A stretch of 64,000 bases of DNA from Alphaproteobacteria bacterium (GCA_049653105.1 JBASFQ010000008.1:27957-91956), one strand, 5' to 3'; shown: positions 9,731 through 23,158, counted from the stretch's first letter. Translations and numbers: made by a program. The notes: generated from the letters alone by a model not told the origin.

Positions 9731-11581
9731 GTGGCGGCAACATTACTCTTAAGCGTGCAAGATGCAGCGATCAGTTTCGGCAACAAACATTTGTTTGAAA
9801 ATTTGTCCTTCAATATTCATGAGGGCAACCGCATCTGTCTGGTCGGAAAGAATGGCGCTGGTAAGACGACGCTGATGAATATTATCACCGGCGTGCGTGA
9901 TCTTGATGCCGGCTTGCGCTGGCAATTGCAGGGCACGACCATCGGTTATCTGCAGCAGGAAGTCACGCCGCAGCTAGGGCAAACCGTCTATGACTTCGTT
10001 TTTTCCGGCATGGCTCAGGATGTGGATCGCGAAATCAATGCCTATAAGATCGAGCAAATTTTGGAGCCGCTGCACCTCGATATCAAGCAGCCAATGACGG
10101 AACTTTCCGGCGGTCAATTGCGTCGCGCAGCTTTGGCGCACGCGTTGGTTTTATCACCGGATATCTTGCTCCTGGACGAACCGACCAACCATCTTGATCT
10201 CGATATTATCGCGTGGCTGGAAACTTATCTGCGCGGTTACCGTGGCGCTTTGGTTTGTATCAGCCATGACCGTACTTTTCTGGCCAATATCTCCGACAAG
10301 GTCTTCTGGCTGGATCGGGGCAGGCTCAAGGTCTGTCCACATGGGTTCAGCTATTTTGATGAGTGGGCCGCGATGATTCTGGAACAGGAAGCGCGCGAAC
10401 TGCATAACCGTCAGAAAGTTCTGGATCAGGAAGTCACCTGGGCCAGTCGTGGTGTTCAGGGGCGCCGCAAACGCAATATCCGCCGTCTGGATCTGATGAA
10501 ACAAGAACGCACGAAATTGCGTGCCGATAAGAATGCCTTGGCGCGGATGTTGGCGCGCGTCGAGTTCAAACCGACGGGCGATGCACCTCTGGCGGCGCGC
10601 AGCGTGGTGGAATTTCATAATGTGCGTAAATTTTATTCTGGCGTAGAGGAGGGAAGAAACAAGGTTATTCTGGACGGCTTTAACTTGCGTATTTTGCGCG
10701 GCGACAGGATCGGCATCGTGGGGCAGAATGGTTCGGGTAAAACCAGTTTTCTGCGGCTTCTCGTTGGCGAAATAGCGCCGGATGCCGGGACGGTTAAACG
10801 CGCGCCCAGCGTTACCTTTTCTTATTTCGACCAGAAGCGGAAAGATCTGCACCCGGATTACTCACTGCACCGCGTCCTTTGTCCTAATGGCAGTGATTAT
10901 CTGGATGTCATGGGCAAAACCCGACATGTTTGTGGTTACCTCAAGGATTTTCTGTTCGACCCTCAGCAGGCCGCGCAGCCCATTGCCACTCTGTCCGGCG
11001 GGCAGAAGAATCGCCTGCTTTTGGCTAAAGTCATGGCCAATCCCGGCAGTTTATTGATCCTTGATGAACCGACCAACGATCTGGATATGGACACGCTGGA
11101 TATGCTGGAAGATATGCTGGCGCACTATACGGGAACCTTGCTGGTGGTCAGTCATGATCGCGATTTCCTGGATCAGAGTGTCAGCAAGGTTCTGGCTTTC
11201 GAGGGCGATGGCCATGTCGAAGGGGTGATCGGCGGCTATCAGGACTATCTGGCCGATCGTACCAGAAGACGGGCTAAAATAGTCGTGCCGGAGATCGCTA
11301 AACCGGCGGTAAAGCCAGAAGTTGCCTCTGCGCCAAAGCGCGCTACCAAACGTCTGACCTTCACGCAGCAGCATGAACTCGACAAATTGCCGGAACGGAT
11401 GCAGCGACTGGAAGACGAAATTATTGCGATTCAGTCCAAACTTGGCGATCCAAACCTTTATATCCATGATCCGGAAACTTTTGACCGGCTGTCGCTGCGT
11501 TTTACCAAGATAACACAGGATCTTGCCGCTGCAGAAACCCGCTGGCTGGAGCTGGAAGATTTGCAGGCCAGAACAGATTAG
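9731..11581 (+). CDS. uup: ABC-F family ATPase (Uup-like), two ABC domains plus C-terminal coiled coil
   Basis: Two Walker A boxes (GKNGAGKTT; GQNGSGKTS), two LSGGQ signatures, and a C-terminal coiled-coil tail. GTG start per ORF track. Confidence 0.8.
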   Translation: MAATLLLSVQDAAISFGNKHLFENLSFNIHEGNRICLVGKNGAGKTTLMNIITGVRDLDAGLRWQLQGTTIGYLQQEVTPQLGQTVYDFVFSGMAQDVDREINAYKIEQILEPLHLDIKQPMTELSGGQLRRAALAHALVLSPDILLLDEPTNHLDLDIIAWLETYLRGYRGALVCISHDRTFLANISDKVFWLDRGRLKVCPHGFSYFDEWAAMILEQEARELHNRQKVLDQEVTWASRGVQGRRKRNIRRLDLMKQERTKLRADKNALARMLARVEFKPTGDAPLAARSVVEFHNVRKFYSGVEEGRNKVILDGFNLRILRGDRIGIVGQNGSGKTSFLRLLVGEIAPDAGTVKRAPSVTFSYFDQKRKDLHPDYSLHRVLCPNGSDYLDVMGKTRHVCGYLKDFLFDPQQAAQPIATLSGGQKNRLLLAKVMANPGSLLILDEPTNDLDMDTLDMLEDMLAHYTGTLLVVSHDRDFLDQSVSKVLAFEGDGHVEGVIGGYQDYLADRTRRRAKIVVPEIAKPAVKPEVASAPKRATKRLTFTQQHELDKLPERMQRLEDEIIAIQSKLGDPNLYIHDPETFDRLSLRFTKITQDLAAAETRWLELEDLQARTD

Positions 11582-11667
11582 TGTCCCCATATTGCATGCG
11601 GCCATAGATTCAATTCTAATGGATGTGGACACGAATCGCCCCCGATGGGCACGACAAAGGATGTGTG

Positions 11668-12501
11668 ATGGATCCGACTGCTCTGGTCGCCGCGTATCTG
11701 CGTTTGCTGCAAATGCTGGAGCGCCCGGCCGCGCCGGCGGCGGTCGTGCCGGGGGGAACCTGCGCGATCTTTGCGCCGCATCCCGACGATGAATGCATCA
11801 TTGGGGCGCTGCCGTTACGATTGCAGCGCGAGGCCGGCATGAATATCGTCAATGTGCCCGTGACGCTTGGCAGCAAGCCGGAACGTAGAGCCACGCGGCG
11901 GGAGGAACTTGCCGCCGCCTGCGCGGTACTGGACTTTTCTATCCACGAACCAGCAGCGCAGTGTTTTGATCAGGTCAAGCCGGATACGCGCCGCAGTCAG
12001 CCGATTTACTGGGATGGCATGGTCGGCAAGACCGTTGCCTTGCTTGAAAAAATACGCCCCAGCATCATGATCGTGCCGCATCGTCTTGATAAGCATCAAA
12101 CCCATGTCGGAACCCATCATCTGGTTATGGATGCTTTGGGAAGAATGCCGGAAGATTTTGCGGTTAAACTGGTTTTTGCCGAATACTGGCATCCGCAGCA
12201 AGACCCGAACCTTTTGGTGGAATGTCCGGCGGCTGACTTGGCGCGCTTGATGCACGCTTTGGCCTGCCATGCTGGCGAAGTGGCGCGTAATCCCTATCAC
12301 CTGCGGCTCCCCGCCTGGATGATCGATAATGCGCGGCGCGGCGAGGAGTGTGTTGGTGGTCATGGCAGCGAAGCAGGAAAGATCGCGTTTGCAACACTCT
12401 ATCAGATTGGTGACTGGAAGAATGGGAGCTATAGCCTGATTCCTGCCGACCGCATCCTCACCGCAGAACATTCAGCGGCGGCTTTGTTGCTGATGGATTG
12501 A
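11668..12501 (+). CDS. PIG-L/LmbE-family N-acetylglucosaminyl deacetylase
   Basis: AIFAPHPDDECIIGALP metal-binding motif. Start uncertain (ATG 11623 or 11668). Confidence 0.65.
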   Translation: MDPTALVAAYLRLLQMLERPAAPAAVVPGGTCAIFAPHPDDECIIGALPLRLQREAGMNIVNVPVTLGSKPERRATRREELAAACAVLDFSIHEPAAQCFDQVKPDTRRSQPIYWDGMVGKTVALLEKIRPSIMIVPHRLDKHQTHVGTHHLVMDALGRMPEDFAVKLVFAEYWHPQQDPNLLVECPAADLARLMHALACHAGEVARNPYHLRLPAWMIDNARRGEECVGGHGSEAGKIAFATLYQIGDWKNGSYSLIPADRILTAEHSAAALLLMD

Positions 12502-12605
12502 TCCCTCTGTGGACGGCATATACCGCGCTGCGAATTATTCTTCATACCATATTGTTTTTACGATCATATCGCTGCACATTCGGCTCTGTTCAACGGTAGT
12601 GATTC

Positions 12606-14785
<2,180 letters not shown>

Positions 14786-15244
14786 CTATGCCGCCTTGAC
14801 TCCGGTTGATCCGAATCCACCTGCACCGCGCTCCGTCGTATCCAACGTTGCGGCACGCTGCCACGACACGCGGCTATAAGGTGCCACGATCATTTGCGCG
14901 ATCCGCATGCCGCGGCTGATGACCACTGGTTCCGTACCCAGGTTGGCGAGGATGATTTGTACCTCGCCGCGATAATCCGCATCAATTGTGCCCGGGCTGT
15001 TCAGAACGGCCAGACCCTGTTTCAAGGCCAACCCTGAGCGCGGGCGGATTTGCGCTTCAAACCCGTCCGGCAAGGCAATGGCCAGACCGGTAGGGATCAA
15101 GGCGCGTTGCCCCGGAGCCAGCGTAACATCGGCGGCCACTGCAGCCTGTAAGTCCATGCCCGCGCTCTGTGCCGTCGCATATTTGGGCAGGCCGAGATTC
15201 TCGGCATGGGGCAGAACCTGAATAGCGACATCGACGTTGCTCAT
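14786..15244 (-). CDS. dut: dUTP diphosphatase
   Basis: 152 aa dUTPase with motifs AGMDL and [10 protein letters not shown]. Start overlaps the coaBC stop. Confidence 0.9.
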   Translation of the reverse strand: MSNVDVAIQVLPHAENLGLPKYATAQSAGMDLQAAVAADVTLAPGQRALIPTGLAIALPDGFEAQIRPRSGLALKQGLAVLNSPGTIDADYRGEVQIILANLGTEPVVISRGMRIAQMIVAPYSRVSWQRAATLDTTERGAGGFGSTGVKAA

Positions 15245-16470
15245 GTTCTTTGGCTCCTGAAAAATTCAACGATGCGATTAACCAACTGTGCTGCCAGTGC
15301 TTCCTTGCTTTGCCGGGGCCAGTCTTCAATGACGGGAATCACCCCCTGATTCTTCCGCAACAACGTAACCTGATTATCGTCTGCGCCAAAGGTTTTCCCG
15401 CCATCGACATTGTTGGCCAGCAACCAGTCACAACCTTTGCGCGCCAGTTTTGCCGTAGCATTGGCCAAAATATCCTGTGTCTCGGCGGCGAAGCCGATCA
15501 CCAGGCCAGGGCGCATCCGATGGCCGGCAAGAGTGGCAAGGATATCTTGATTCGGTGTTAGGTGCAGAGTCGGGGCGTTATGATCCTTCTTGATCTTCTG
15601 TTCTGCCGGGGTCGTGACGCGCCAATCCGCCACCGCCGCTGCCCCGATAAAAATATCCGCAGGTAGTGCCTGTTCACAAGCGGCCAGCATCTCCGCCGCG
15701 GTCGTGACGGGCACGGTTTTGACCAAAGGAGGCGCGGCGGTGGCAACGGGACCGCTGACCAAAGTTACGGCAGCACCCGCCTTGGCCAGCATTGTCGCAA
15801 TGGCATGGCCTTGTTTTCCTGATGAACGATTGCCAATAAAGCGCACGGGATCAATTGGTTCATAGGTAGGACCGCTGGTGACGATGGCATGTTTTCCGGC
15901 CAGGGGGCCGGACAGAGTCAACATTTGCGCCAATGCTGCCAGAATGTCCGGAACCTCGGCCATACGTCCTGTGCCGGTCTCGCCGCAGGCAAGATCACCA
16001 CTGTCCGGGCCGACAATGTGCAAGCCACGCTGCCGTAATGTAGCGATATTCGCTTGCGTTGCGGCATGGCGCCACATTTCCACATTCATGGCCGGAGCCA
16101 GCAGGATAGAGCGGTTGCACGCCAGCAAGGTCGTGCTGGCCAGATCGTCGGCTATACCGTGTGCCATCTTGGCAATAAGATTGGCGCTGGCGGGCGCGAC
16201 CAGAACGGCATCCGCCATACGGGTCAGGCGGATATGCCCCATCTCCGTTTCGTCGGTCAGTGACCATAAATCAGTATAGACTTTCTCTTCTGCCAGGGCC
16301 GCAACGGCCAGAGGCGTGATGAATTGTTGCCCGCCTTTGGTCAAAATACAGCGCACCGTCGCGCCGCGTTCGCGGAGTCTTCGGATCAGGTCGAGCGCTT
16401 TATAGGCCGCAATCCCACCGCTGATAATCAGCAGGATATTTTTGCCGTCGATGTACCGTTGCTGATCCAT
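15241..16470 (-). CDS. coaBC: bifunctional phosphopantothenoylcysteine decarboxylase/synthetase CoaBC
   Basis: Flavoprotein N-domain ([21 protein letters not shown]) plus DFP C-domain. Start taken at the internal Met (MDQQRY); the track start at 16590 would overlap the upstream gene. Confidence 0.85.
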   Translation of the reverse strand: MDQQRYIDGKNILLIISGGIAAYKALDLIRRLRERGATVRCILTKGGQQFITPLAVAALAEEKVYTDLWSLTDETEMGHIRLTRMADAVLVAPASANLIAKMAHGIADDLASTTLLACNRSILLAPAMNVEMWRHAATQANIATLRQRGLHIVGPDSGDLACGETGTGRMAEVPDILAALAQMLTLSGPLAGKHAIVTSGPTYEPIDPVRFIGNRSSGKQGHAIATMLAKAGAAVTLVSGPVATAAPPLVKTVPVTTAAEMLAACEQALPADIFIGAAAVADWRVTTPAEQKIKKDHNAPTLHLTPNQDILATLAGHRMRPGLVIGFAAETQDILANATAKLARKGCDWLLANNVDGGKTFGADDNQVTLLRKNQGVIPVIEDWPRQSKEALAAQLVNRIVEFFRSQRT

Positions 16471-16477
16471 GGACAGG

Positions 16478-16984
16478 TCAATTAAACTTTTCTTGAGGAT
16501 AGGCTCCGTAAAAATCACTTTTACGGAGATAGCCTTCATATTCCGCGCCGCGCACTTCGCACCAGGAGACGTCGCAGGATTGCAGTTCAAAAATTACGCC
16601 GGGCTCGACATGCGCGGCGATCGCAGATTTTTCATCCGGCCCGGTGCGAACCGCGTGCAATTGGTTCATGACGATACCCCGGCGCGCCATCCGCACTTTG
16701 GTTTTATGCACCCAGCCCTCGGCATGTTCATGGTCGCGGATGCGATACCATGCCTCATGGCTTTGAATGATTTCGACCGGCAGTTCGGCGCGGCGGTAAA
16801 CCCACTCGATGGGGTAGCGTGTCCCTGGTCCGGTGCGGGTGTTGACCTCGGAAAAGCGTAGCGACGCAAAACGGGGCAGGGGAATAACATCCTTGCCGCT
16901 GCTCCCGCCGTTTTCTTCATCGTCGGCATGCGCCGCTGCAGCCAATAAGCAGGGCAACAACAAAAATATCTGCAACCATTTCAT
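16478..16984 (-). CDS. secreted SH3b-domain protein
   Basis: Signal peptide (MKWLQIFLLLPCLLAAAAHA) followed by two bacterial SH3-like segments (NTRTGPGTRYPIEWV...; VRTGPDEKSAIAAHVEPG...WCEV). First gene of the coaBC-dut-hemB operon. Confidence 0.6.
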   Translation of the reverse strand: MKWLQIFLLLPCLLAAAAHADDEENGGSSGKDVIPLPRFASLRFSEVNTRTGPGTRYPIEWVYRRAELPVEIIQSHEAWYRIRDHEHAEGWVHKTKVRMARRGIVMNQLHAVRTGPDEKSAIAAHVEPGVIFELQSCDVSWCEVRGAEYEGYLRKSDFYGAYPQEKFN

Positions 16985-17015
16985 AATCAGAATTTACTCC
17001 CTTTGCCCTGTTCCG

Positions 17016-18161
17016 TCACGCGGGGAATATGGCGGATTCAGCTTCGTTAACGCTGGGCAGTCTGGACTTGAAATCCCTGGCAAATGCCACAAAAGTACCA
17101 TTTTGTACGGCGGCACGGACATCGCGCATGAGGTCTTGATAATAATACAAATTATGCCAGGTCAGCAGCATCGGCCCCAGCATTTCCTCGGCACGAAATA
17201 AATGATGCAAATAGGCGCGGCTATGGTGGTGGCAGGCAGGGCAGCCGCATGCCGTGTCAAGCGGCGCAGGATCGCGCTGGTGCTTGGCGTTGCGGATGTT
17301 GAGCGTTCCGGTGCGTGTAAAAGCTTTGCCGGTACGGCCGGAGCGCGTCGGCATGACGCAATCGAACATGTCGATGCCACGCGCAACCGCGCCGACAATG
17401 TCGGTGGGCGTGCCCACGCCCATCAAATAACGAGGCCGGTCGGTGGGCAGCAATGGCGCGGTACTGTCCAGCATTCTGAACATGATATCCTGACCTTCTC
17501 CCACCGCGAGCCCGCCGATTGCGTAGCCGTCAAAGCCAATGCTTTGAAGGGCAGTTGCGGATTCAGCGCGCAGTTCAGGGTAAATGCCGCCTTGATTGAT
17601 GCCGAAAATGCCATAACCGGGGCGAGGCTGAAACGCGGTTTTGCTGCGTGCTGCCCAGCGCATCGACATACGCATGGACTCTGCTGTGACTTCAAACGTT
17701 GCGGGATAAGGCGTGCATTCGTCGAAGGCCATTGTGATGTTGCTGTCGAGCAGATGTTGAATCTGCATTGAGCGTTCTGGCGTTAGTTCATGACTGCTGC
17801 CATCAATATGGGAGCGGAAGGTAACGCCATTTTCGGTTATTTTGCGAAGCTTGCTGAGCGACATGACCTGAAAGCCACCGCTATCGGTCAAAATCGGATG
17901 TGGCCAGTGCATAAATTTGTGCAGTCCGCCTTGTTCGGCCACCAGCTCTGCCCCTGGCCGCAGCATAAGGTGATAGGTGTTGCCCAGAACAATTTCGGTG
18001 CCTGTTGTGGCCACATCACCCGGATGCATGGCTTTGACTGTTCCTGCCGTGCCGACAGCCATAAAAGCGGGGGTTTCGACCGTTCCATGGGCGGTAGTCA
18101 GCCGCCCGCGCCGTGCGCCGCCGTCAGTGGCCAGAATTTCAAAACCGATGCCGTTGCTCAT
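17016..18161 (-). CDS. tgt: tRNA-guanine(34) transglycosylase (queuine tRNA-ribosyltransferase)
   Basis: Tgt family with a zinc site (CGCPAC...H). Start at MSNGIG gives an ATGA overlap with queA. Confidence 0.9.
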   Translation of the reverse strand: MSNGIGFEILATDGGARRGRLTTAHGTVETPAFMAVGTAGTVKAMHPGDVATTGTEIVLGNTYHLMLRPGAELVAEQGGLHKFMHWPHPILTDSGGFQVMSLSKLRKITENGVTFRSHIDGSSHELTPERSMQIQHLLDSNITMAFDECTPYPATFEVTAESMRMSMRWAARSKTAFQPRPGYGIFGINQGGIYPELRAESATALQSIGFDGYAIGGLAVGEGQDIMFRMLDSTAPLLPTDRPRYLMGVGTPTDIVGAVARGIDMFDCVMPTRSGRTGKAFTRTGTLNIRNAKHQRDPAPLDTACGCPACHHHSRAYLHHLFRAEEMLGPMLLTWHNLYYYQDLMRDVRAAVQNGTFVAFARDFKSRLPSVNEAESAIFPA

Positions 18162-19201
18162 GGTATGCGTTCTAGCAAACAAGCGTCGCCATAGGAATAG
18201 AAGCGATAAGTATTGGCAATAGCGTGTTTATAGGCATTTTTCATCTGCTCCATCCCGGCAAAGGCACAAGTCAACATAAACAGGGTCGATTTCGGCAGAT
18301 GAAAGTTGGTCAAGAGCAGGTCGGCGCTGCGTATGGTTTTCCCCGGATAAAGGAAAATATCCGTTCTTCCGGCATAAGGCTGCAACGTTCCGTCGGAGGC
18401 CAGCGCGGATTCCAGCAGGCGCAATGATGTCGTGCCGATGGCGATGATCCGTCCCCCCGCTGCCCGTGTGGCATTGATGGTTGCCGAAGTTGTTGCGGTG
18501 ATTTCTCCCCACTCACTGTGCATGTGATGATCAGCAATACGTTCGGTTTTGATCGGCAAGAAGGTTCCGGCACCGACATGCAAGGTTACGGTAACATGGC
18601 GGCAGCCGCGTTGTGTCAAAGCAGCCAGAAGTGCGGGAGTGAAATGCAACCCTGCTGTCGGTGCGGCAACGGCGCCGTCATGAGCGGCAAAGATCGTCTG
18701 GTAATTTTCCCGGTCGGCGTTGTCTCCACCCGCGTCACGCTTGATGTAAGGTGGCAACGGCATAATGCCGTTTTTTTGCAGTTGCGCGAATATATCGGCA
18801 TCCGTCCCGTTGAAGGCAACGATCACCAATCCGTTATCCTGTTTGGTCTCAACCGCTGCCGTAAAATCTTCGGCAAACACGATGACATCGCCGGGGCGAA
18901 GCCTTTTTCCAGGGCGCGCAAAAGCTTCCCACTTTCCCCCGCCAAGCATTCTGTGTAGGAGAATCTCGACGCGTACCGCGCCGCGCTGTCCGTACAGCCG
19001 TGCCGGAATGACGCGCGTGTCGTTGCTCACCAGTAAATCTCCGGGACGCAGTATCTTGGGAAGATCACGGATCGTGCGATCGTCAAGACCGGCGCCGGTA
19101 ACGTACAGCATGCGGGCGCTGTCACGCGGGCGCGCCGGTTCCTGCGCGATCAATTGCGGCGGCAGGAAGAAATCAAAGTCCTTGAGTGTTAAATCGGTCA
19201 T
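18158..19201 (-). CDS. queA: S-adenosylmethionine:tRNA ribosyltransferase-isomerase
   Basis: QueA N-terminus ([22 protein letters not shown]) through the whole 347 aa. Operon with tgt. Confidence 0.9.
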   Translation of the reverse strand: MTDLTLKDFDFFLPPQLIAQEPARPRDSARMLYVTGAGLDDRTIRDLPKILRPGDLLVSNDTRVIPARLYGQRGAVRVEILLHRMLGGGKWEAFARPGKRLRPGDVIVFAEDFTAAVETKQDNGLVIVAFNGTDADIFAQLQKNGIMPLPPYIKRDAGGDNADRENYQTIFAAHDGAVAAPTAGLHFTPALLAALTQRGCRHVTVTLHVGAGTFLPIKTERIADHHMHSEWGEITATTSATINATRAAGGRIIAIGTTSLRLLESALASDGTLQPYAGRTDIFLYPGKTIRSADLLLTNFHLPKSTLFMLTCAFAGMEQMKNAYKHAIANTYRFYSYGDACLLERIP

Positions 19202-19246
19202 GCCGCTCTATAGCTGAAACGGCACGAAAATAAAAAGAGCATAAAA

Positions 19247-19277
19247 AACTCCGGAGCGTATATATCCGACGCTCCGG
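19247..19277 (-). terminator. rho-independent terminator (11-bp perfect stem CTCCGGAGCGT / ACGCTCCGGAG, 9-nt loop, T-run on the minus strand)
   Basis: Hairpin read directly in the sequence, downstream of the glycine-zipper gene and followed by a T-run on the minus strand. Confidence 0.5.
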
Positions 19278-19307
19278 AGCTTCTCCTTCACGTTAAGGAG
19301 AGGGGGG

Positions 19308-19904
19308 TTACTTGACGACTTGCCAGCTGCCATCAGGTTGGTGGCATGCCGTGCCATAGCTTTCCCGCACATACCCGCCGATATTCACGCGCTGGGTATA
19401 TTCCCGGCAATAACCGCCAGTTTCCGGGTAATCGTTCTGTACCACCGCCTGCCGTTCGACAACCGGCTGTACATACACGACATCGTTGTACTGACGATGA
19501 TGCCGGTGATGCCGATGGTGGCGGCGATGTCCGTAGCCATAGCCGTTTTCATAAGTCTGCGAATACACAATGTGCGACGGGGGCGGAGCCGAAGGCGCAA
19601 CGTAATTCGGCATATAGGTCACGGTCTGGCGTGGTTCGTAATAGGTTGGGCTTGACCCGCCGTAATAGGCGCGCGAGGGGCGGTCACTCCAGGTGTTGTC
19701 AACGTGATGGCCGATGACGCCTCCGGTGAAGACACCCACTGCCGTCGCGGCGATTTTGCCGGTACCTTGCCCGATCTGATTACCAACCAGACCGCCGAGG
19801 CCAGCCCCAATCAATGTGCCTAGATCCAGGCCTTCGGCCTTAACCGACGCCAAGGGTGCAAGGGTCAAAACGCTGGCAAGACCCAAAACGGCAAGACGGC
19901 GCAT
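19308..19904 (-). CDS. secreted glycine-zipper (17-kDa-antigen-like) protein with His-rich tract
   Basis: Signal peptide, GxxxG glycine-zipper repeats ([33 protein letters not shown]), an [12 protein letters not shown] tract, and a C-terminal Cys pair. Start likely MRRLAV (19904) rather than the track start at 19949. Confidence 0.6.
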   Translation of the reverse strand: MRRLAVLGLASVLTLAPLASVKAEGLDLGTLIGAGLGGLVGNQIGQGTGKIAATAVGVFTGGVIGHHVDNTWSDRPSRAYYGGSSPTYYEPRQTVTYMPNYVAPSAPPPSHIVYSQTYENGYGYGHRRHHRHHRHHRQYNDVVYVQPVVERQAVVQNDYPETGGYCREYTQRVNIGGYVRESYGTACHQPDGSWQVVK

Positions 19905-20090
19905 TAAAATCCTCCCATCAAACGGGCGCTTGCTATCAAGCCCCCACACTACGGAATCTGGAGCCAGCTTGTGGCAATATCAAGGCGGTTTTACGTTTTA
20001 ATGAGGAATTTCCTGCGTTTAGCAGCTTGATGGTGATGCGAGATAGTTCGCGTAGGGGCTTGATTCGGCACGAAGATATTCCCCGCGACG

Positions 20091-20855
20091 CTAATTCGGT
20101 TCTTGTTCAGAGACCGGCACGGCAGAGATAGTCGTGATCGGACCACCTTCGGCAGTAACTAACCGGTTGGTTGCCGTCTCAATTGCCTCCTGGAGCTGCT
20201 GCATCATGGCATCACGCGGGGTATCGGGAGGAATCGGTGGCAGGAATTCTACGGTGATAATGCCGGTACGCAACAACTTGCCTGTGCGGCTCCAGAACAT
20301 GCCGGAATTAAGCGCGACAGGAACAACCGGAACCTTCAATGCCCTATAGAGCGCCGCCGTGCCGACTTTATATGGTTTCCATTCGCCGGGATTTAAGCGT
20401 GTTCCTTGCGGGAAAATAAGGATATCCCGTTTATCGGCGACAACGGTACGGGCTGCGTCGATCATTTTCAGCATGGCACGAGATCCGGCACTGCGATCCA
20501 CCGGTACGTTGCCATATTTCCATGCGTACCAGCCCCACAGCGGAATGCGCATCAGCTCTTGTTTAAGAACAATGGCGGGCGACCGACCGAGCAGAGGTAA
20601 TATCATTGTCTCCCACGGAGACATATGCTTAGCCGCAATCACACATGGGCCGGAGGGTATGTGTTCGCGCCCCATAACCCTGAAATCCGTTCCTGCGACG
20701 ACGCGCATCAGAATCGCGATGCCGCCAAGATAAAACCGCACGAACTGCAACATGCAGGCGCGCGGTAATAGCAAAATCCAGAAGCACGTGAGTCCCAGCC
20801 CGAGATTCCAGGCCAGAAATAAAATCTGGTAAGAGATAAAACGCAGTGAAATCAT
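20091..20855 (-). CDS. plsC: 1-acyl-sn-glycerol-3-phosphate (lysophospholipid) acyltransferase
   Basis: N-terminal TM region and an acyltransferase HX4D-region (AAKHMSPWETM) followed by FPQGTR. Confidence 0.75.
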   Translation of the reverse strand: MISLRFISYQILFLAWNLGLGLTCFWILLLPRACMLQFVRFYLGGIAILMRVVAGTDFRVMGREHIPSGPCVIAAKHMSPWETMILPLLGRSPAIVLKQELMRIPLWGWYAWKYGNVPVDRSAGSRAMLKMIDAARTVVADKRDILIFPQGTRLNPGEWKPYKVGTAALYRALKVPVVPVALNSGMFWSRTGKLLRTGIITVEFLPPIPPDTPRDAMMQQLQEAIETATNRLVTAEGGPITTISAVPVSEQEPN

Positions 20856-21481
20856 GCAATATCACGCAGACAGTAACGCAAAGCCGTAAACAGTAATTTA
20901 TTATATTCGATCATCAGCAGTCGTGCCGTTCCGGGACGGTTCCACCATGTGTTGACCATGACGTGTGTCGGGGCGACGGGGTAGGGAAGGATGGTCAGGG
21001 TCGGGTCGAGAATACGGAATTCCAGCAGACTGCGAAGCATGTGGTAATTCGCCGTGACCAGCCGCAAGGAACTGTATTTTTGCTGGTTCAGCCAGATCAC
21101 GGTTTCGGCGGCATTGCCCGTAGTATTGCCGGCAAGATAGCCCAGCACGACGCAACAGGACTGTCGTTCTGCCGCCAGGGTCTGTCCCGCCAGAATTTTG
21201 GCGCGGTCAACGCCATGTCCGACACCTGAAATAAACAGCTTTTTGCCCAGGCCTTGTTGTAAAAGGTTAATTCCAGTGGAGATGCGCTCACTGCCTCCTG
21301 TTAGAACGACGATGGCATCCATCGGTTCCAGCATGCGGTCATGCCCGGCCTCACCGGACTGATCGACGTAGTACACAAAACCGGCAAAACCCGCCAACCA
21401 GAAGAGCCCAATGAACCCCAAGACGATAACAATATTGCCGAGAAATCGGAGCATAGGATCACAACATGGTTGCCAGGACAC
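20852..21481 (-). CDS. DUF218 (YdcF/SanA/ElyC-like) membrane-anchored protein
   Basis: N-terminal TM helix then a DUF218-like core (IVVLTGG...NTTGNA). Position between ftsX and plsC is conserved in Alphaproteobacteria. Confidence 0.65.
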   Translation of the reverse strand: MSWQPCCDPMLRFLGNIVIVLGFIGLFWLAGFAGFVYYVDQSGEAGHDRMLEPMDAIVVLTGGSERISTGINLLQQGLGKKLFISGVGHGVDRAKILAGQTLAAERQSCCVVLGYLAGNTTGNAAETVIWLNQQKYSSLRLVTANYHMLRSLLEFRILDPTLTILPYPVAPTHVMVNTWWNRPGTARLLMIEYNKLLFTALRYCLRDIA

Positions 21482-22343
21482 GTTGTGTGGCCCAGCGGGC
21501 GCTGAAGGCGGCCAAAACCAACGTCAGCAAAGGAAGCCCCAGCGCGAGCACTCCGGCTCCGGACCAAAACAATCCAGGGATTGAGGCCAGTTTCTCTGGC
21601 GTCAAATGTTGCGCCATATTTGCGACGAGTGCTGCCGCCAGTGCTGCGCCGAACAGTCCGATCAAGCACCCGGGCCAAACCAGACGCCATGCATAACGAC
21701 GCATTTCGCCGATAATACGGGCGCTTGGAGCACCAATAATGTGCAGCAGTTCAATCATGGGGCGATGGACGGCCAGTCCGGCACGACAGGCGAAAATCAC
21801 GGTGCTGAACAAGGCGGCAAACAAGGCGGTGACGATGATGATGGCCACCATCGCCATTTGCCGCAGCGTATCAGCCAGTTGATTGAGCCAGGTTTGATGG
21901 TCAGAGACGATGGCGGTCGGATATTTCTGGCGCAGCATAAGGGTTGCGCGCGCCGCGGCAGCTTCGTTGACGGTCTGCACGTCAAGCAATTGCGGCAGAG
22001 GCAATGCAGCAAGTTCCGCCTCCGCATAATCCTTGCTCAGCCAGGGTTGGAGGAGGCGGCCGATCTGGTCGATCGCGAGGGGAGTAGCGGTCACGCCGAT
22101 GATCGCCTGCAAATCCTTGGTCACAGCGGCGACGTGCGCGGGGTCGACCCGGCCTTGTTCGTTAGTTGGCAGCTCCACAGTCATCTGGCCGCGCAAGCCA
22201 TGGTCGAGTTGCGCCGCGCCGACACCAAGGCCAAGTCCGGCCAAGAGCGCCAGTCCGGCAACTGCGACGATGGCCGCAATCATGATTCGCAAAGGCCAGG
22301 TCAAGGGGGTACGAATCATGGCCTGATCGAGTTGGACGCTCAT
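21459..22343 (-). CDS. ftsX: cell-division ABC transporter permease FtsX
   Basis: Four TM helices with a periplasmic loop, immediately downstream of ftsE. Start at MSVQLDQ gives an ATGA overlap with ftsE. Confidence 0.75.
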   Translation of the reverse strand: MSVQLDQAMIRTPLTWPLRIMIAAIVAVAGLALLAGLGLGVGAAQLDHGLRGQMTVELPTNEQGRVDPAHVAAVTKDLQAIIGVTATPLAIDQIGRLLQPWLSKDYAEAELAALPLPQLLDVQTVNEAAAARATLMLRQKYPTAIVSDHQTWLNQLADTLRQMAMVAIIIVTALFAALFSTVIFACRAGLAVHRPMIELLHIIGAPSARIIGEMRRYAWRLVWPGCLIGLFGAALAAALVANMAQHLTPEKLASIPGLFWSGAGVLALGLPLLTLVLAAFSARWATQRVLATML

Positions 22344-23026
22344 GCCGCTTGTTCCTTGATCATTTTGGGATGCTGAAGTTGGCCGCCGCGTAAATGCAGG
22401 CAAGGATAATCATAGATTTCCAGAAGATTCTGATCATGCGTTGCCAGAATGATGGTCGTGCCCATTTTATGCAGCTCGGCGAACAAATGCATAACGCGTT
22501 CAGCTCCCGCATCGTCAATATTTCCGGTAGGCTCGTCGGCCAGCAACAATTTCGGCCGGTTGATTACGGCACGTGCAATGGCGACGCGTTGCTGCTGTCC
22601 CCCCGAGAGTTCAGTGGGATAAACGGTGGTTTTATCGCCCACCCCTGACCAGGACAGCAATTCCCGGACATGCTCCAACGCCTCTTTTGGTTTGACGCCT
22701 GCAACGATCAGAGGCAGGGCGACGTTTTCTGCAACGGTCAAATGCTGCAGCAGTCGGAAATCCTGAAAGACAACGCCGACCCGACGGCGCAATTTCGGCA
22801 AATCGTCGCGTGATAGCGTGGCGGGGTCTTGTCCATCGATCAGAAGTTTGCCCGCTGTCGGCCGTTCCATTAAATAACAAATGCGTAGCAAAGACGATTT
22901 GCCCGCGCCGCTGGGGCCGGTCAGAAAGTGGAAGCTGCCCTGCGGACAAGAAAAACTGACATCGCGCAGGATGTCCTTGCCATCGGGGTAGCGCAGGCTG
23001 ATATGGCTGAGTTCCAAAGCATTCAT
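22340..23026 (-). CDS. ftsE: cell-division ATP-binding protein FtsE
   Basis: Walker A (GPSGAGKSS), LSGGQQQR, and Walker B ([12 protein letters not shown]). Start taken at MNALEL. Confidence 0.85.
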   Translation of the reverse strand: MNALELSHISLRYPDGKDILRDVSFSCPQGSFHFLTGPSGAGKSSLLRICYLMERPTAGKLLIDGQDPATLSRDDLPKLRRRVGVVFQDFRLLQHLTVAENVALPLIVAGVKPKEALEHVRELLSWSGVGDKTTVYPTELSGGQQQRVAIARAVINRPKLLLADEPTGNIDDAGAERVMHLFAELHKMGTTIILATHDQNLLEIYDYPCLHLRGGQLQHPKMIKEQAA

Positions 23027-23158
23027 GAATCGATCATAGCCGATCATACCCGGCAGCAAAAGCGTCGTGACGCGATCTGTGCAAGTCGATTGCCGTGTGT
23101 TGCGAAAGCGGATAGACTACTTTACAGTCCACGTTTAACTAGCTGAATTCCAGTTGTT

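Noticed and set aside
10154-10852. 232-aa antisense ORF inside uup
   Set aside because: Antisense to the ABC-F gene. No recognisable features.
11815-12471. 218-aa antisense ORF inside the PIG-L deacetylase gene
   Set aside because: Antisense to the gene carrying the AHPDDE motif. It is the reverse frame of a GC-rich coding region.
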